Positions 63,201 through 64,000 of a DNA stretch of 64,000 nucleotides are shown here, in pieces. Under the pieces are notes generated by a model. The model did not search any database and was not told the origin of the DNA. It saw nothing but the letters and a program-made list of their open reading frames with translations. Made by a program: the position numbers and the translations under genes. How positions within the stretch are numbered: the stretch's first letter is position 1; every line of letters begins with the position of its first letter. The stretch comes from Perna viridis (Eukaryota). The stretch spans positions 48,034,577 to 48,098,576 of the forward strand of contig CM074517.1 in NCBI GenBank assembly GCA_037379345.1, given 5' to 3'.

Positions 63201-64000
63201 AGAAATCTTAATATGATGCCCAATCTTCCTCTACAATTTTTATCATCACTCCTGAAGCGGCCTAAGATAATTTTCGCTAACCAAGTTTTTTTAAAACATG
63301 TAAAACTCCTACGTTGGACTATCTCCCATAGAGTCCTCCGACATTTATAACATTTTTTCATGACATCTACATTTGATGTCTAAACTTCTAATAAATTTCA
63401 TCAAAATACCTCTAGCGGTTTAGGAGGAGCTTGTCTGACAGACAAAGAATGGACAGATGGGCATACAGACGGACAGACGGGATGATTCCTGTACATCCCC
63501 ACAACTGGGTATAACAAAAAATTTGGAAAACAAGCTAAAACAAAATAACGACAACAACGACAACAAAACACCCAAAGCACTAGCAGTATAAACTCCCGTG
63601 AATATTAAAATTGGTTCTTGATCAAAACCTTATTTGTATGGTATTGTTTTAATCGACGTTTAAGAGGCTACATTACCAAACTAGGATAAATGAAATAACC
63701 TGGTTTGTTCAAAGAGAACCAATCAATCAGGTAGCTAATTAAGTTCTAATACGTGTAATAGAATAAATAATTATTTTCTTCTCACATTTTTTCCTCAATA
63801 TACATGTATATACAATGATACAGGCGAACTTTTGAAATACCATGACCTTAAAAAGCTCAAAAATCCAAAACACTTCATAAATGTATCTTTTGTCCGGTAG
63901 GCGTAAATAAACTTATGACATACACACCCACAGACACAAAAAACATATACAATAACAAAAGAAAAAAAACGTCTCGAAACCTTTAATCTTACACAATGCA

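Overview
AT-rich, intron-rich animal DNA, most likely a bivalve. The Helentron/HINE, V-SINE and Penelope-tail families point to an oyster-like genome; this is inference. Three loci can be read. (1) NCAPG2 (condensin II subunit G2) on the minus strand: 26 GT-AG coding exons reconstructed by hand in continuous phase from ATG 21455 down to 268 (3439 nt, about 1146 codons), with the last exon(s) beyond the window start. (2) Head-to-head with it, a PAQR membrane progestin receptor gamma-like gene on the plus strand, with a single-exon CDS (40157-41134), probable small 5'UTR exons and a long 3'UTR. (3) A convergent minus-strand type I membrane protein with EMI/EGF-like Cys-rich exons, a TM helix and a Tyr-motif tail (49785-53303). 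Two same-strand exons upstream of it resemble a degenerate DZIP3-type HEPN domain (61379-61903), suggesting a possible HEPN-EGF-TM receptor. Introns hold MITEs, HINEs, Penelope/RTE fragments, a V-SINE and minisatellites. Other notable points: three independent duplications of NCAPG2 exon edges, a 1.7-kb TIR element with an exact 8-bp TSD and ORF-like cargo next to the shared promoter, and an apparent change in CpG content near 49.1 kb. All homology calls are from memory of the families; no searches were run.
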